DNA from: Gemmatimonadaceae bacterium
Lineage (GTDB): Bacteria; Gemmatimonadota; Gemmatimonadetes; Gemmatimonadales; Gemmatimonadaceae
Assembly: GCA_051859245.1 (NCBI GenBank)
Contig: JBHYGA010000005.1
Span: forward strand, 641,413-705,412
Length of the DNA: 64,000 nt
Reading direction: 5' to 3'
The notes beneath the pieces were generated by a model. The model ran no database searches, was not told the origin of the DNA, and saw nothing but the letters and a program-made list of their open reading frames with translations. This document shows positions 62,862 through 64,000 of this stretch, piece after piece; the first letter of the stretch is position 1; each line of letters opens with the position of its first letter. Position numbers and translations under genes: made by a program.

Positions 62862-64000
62862 TACGATGCGAGCCCCGCGCGCAGGCTGTCGAGATCTGCA
62901 CCAAACCCGAGCAGCATCCGTGCGATCGGCTGCTCATCTTCACGTATTAGCGCGAGCAGCACGCGCTCCGGCGAAATTTCCTCTCGGCGCTTCTCCCGAG
63001 TGAGCTCGCGGGCATCAGCGAGCGCCTTCTCAACCTCCGCATCCAACGCGATCGCGGGCGCATCAACACGATCATCGTGCGGCAACAACCGCTCGCGATA
63101 CTCCTGCGCAAAGCGTCGCACATCCATTCGACTGGTGTTCTTCAGCGTGGGTTGCGCGCCGCTGCGTGATCGTATGAGGCCGAAGAAAAGATGCTCGACC
63201 GTAACGAGTGAATCACCGCGTCGGTGTGCATCATCGCCGGCGAGCAGCAACGCTTCCTGAACACGCGAAGAAAACTGCGGTTCAGGTGCTGGTTTCGCAC
63301 GCTCCTCCGCGAGCACCGCGTCGGGATCAATACCGAACAACTCGGCGATTCGACGCGATGATCGATATGGATCTCCCAACATTTCGCGTGCCATCTCGCG
63401 CGCCGATGTTCTGGGACGCCAGCCCCGCAGGTCGGGATCTGCACCGCATCGCAGCAGCGCCTCAACGGCGTTTGCCCAACCGTTGCCAACGGCGACAACG
63501 AGTAGCGGAACTTCCCACAGTCGAGCGTTCACGTTGGCGCCGCGCTTGGCGAGGTATTCGATGGTGGATGCGCGGCCGTTCATCGCGGCGACGATGAGCA
63601 GTTCGAAGAGCAGTTCTTCGTAGCTTGGTTCCGGGATCATTGGCATGGCCATGCCGGGGCTCGCGGCCGGAAAGTTTGGGCGATTTCGGCGTGCCTCCGG
63701 GCGCAGCTTTCCGTTGCTGTCAAACCATCGTGAGAGGCCGACAACATCGCCAAGTCCGGCGGCGATCCAAGCGGCGTCGCGACGGTTGGCGCGCGCCGCG
63801 AGCACGTCAACAGCATCACCATTCCACCAACGCAATATGGCGTGCTCCAGCACGCTCAGACCGTTCGGCGCCACCCAGTTGGGATTTGCGCCAAGCGCGA
63901 TAAGATGCGTGACGCGGTCGGGGCGCATCATGTTTACGCCGAGCAGCTGCGGGTTGAGAAGCGAATGCAGATCACCCCCTCGCTCAACCAGCCATTCGAC
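62861..64000 (-). CDS. Ankyrin-repeat protein with C-terminal Clp-N domain (5' partial)
   Basis: GANPN, GANVNA and GADPDL ankyrin turns; FSSRVQEALLLA...VTVEHLFFGL and ISPERVLLAL Clp-N repeats; frame stays open to the window end. Confidence 0.82.
   Translation of the reverse strand, partial: VEWLVERGGDLHSLLNPQLLGVNMMRPDRVTHLIALGANPNWVAPNGLSVLEHAILRWWNGDAVDVLAARANRRDAAWIAAGLGDVVGLSRWFDSNGKLRPEARRNRPNFPAASPGMAMPMIPEPSYEELLFELLIVAAMNGRASTIEYLAKRGANVNARLWEVPLLVVAVGNGWANAVEALLRCGADPDLRGWRPRTSAREMAREMLGDPYRSSRRIAELFGIDPDAVLAEERAKPAPEPQFSSRVQEALLLAGDDAHRRGDSLVTVEHLFFGLIRSRSGAQPTLKNTSRMDVRRFAQEYRERLLPHDDRVDAPAIALDAEVEKALADARELTREKRREEISPERVLLALIREDEQPIARMLLGFGADLDSLRAGLAS

Noticed and set aside
62301..62869. 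CRISPR array
   Set aside because: Only two units about 410 bp apart, made of inverted arms; no regular spacers or cas genes.

Overview
GC-rich, gene-dense bacterial chromosome segment. Gene content and protein style suggest Gemmatimonadota (inferred, not searched). Most of the window is housekeeping: gltX, valS, thrS, purH, purN, gmhB, a thiolase-hbd-ACAD-LeuDH-rpiB-glyA run, nnr, thiL, plsC, eno, ftsB and four tRNAs (Ser-GCT, Ser-TGA, fMet, Met), interspersed with many secreted or membrane proteins. I found no integrase, transposase, prophage, rRNA or CRISPR array. The main signals are: (1) strong enrichment of the Bacteroidota-type O-glycosylation sequon D-[S/T]-[AILVMT] in exported proteins, together with a DUF2723/TMEM260-like candidate mannosyltransferase; (2) a cluster of at least 6 DnaA boxes plus an IHF-like site at about 57.5-57.7 kb with no dnaA in the window, next to an orphan protein ending in a beta-clamp-binding-like motif; (3) a four-gene operon of three mechanistically different amide ligases plus a gamma-glutamyl hydrolase; (4) a secreted esterase / SBP56-like / permuted multicopper oxidase cluster with a CopD-like gene; (5) two related inverted-repeat elements within a 570-nt structured intergenic region; (6) a leaderless VapBC26-like toxin-antitoxin pair between two Ser tRNAs. 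All family calls come from motifs recognised by eye; no database searches were run.
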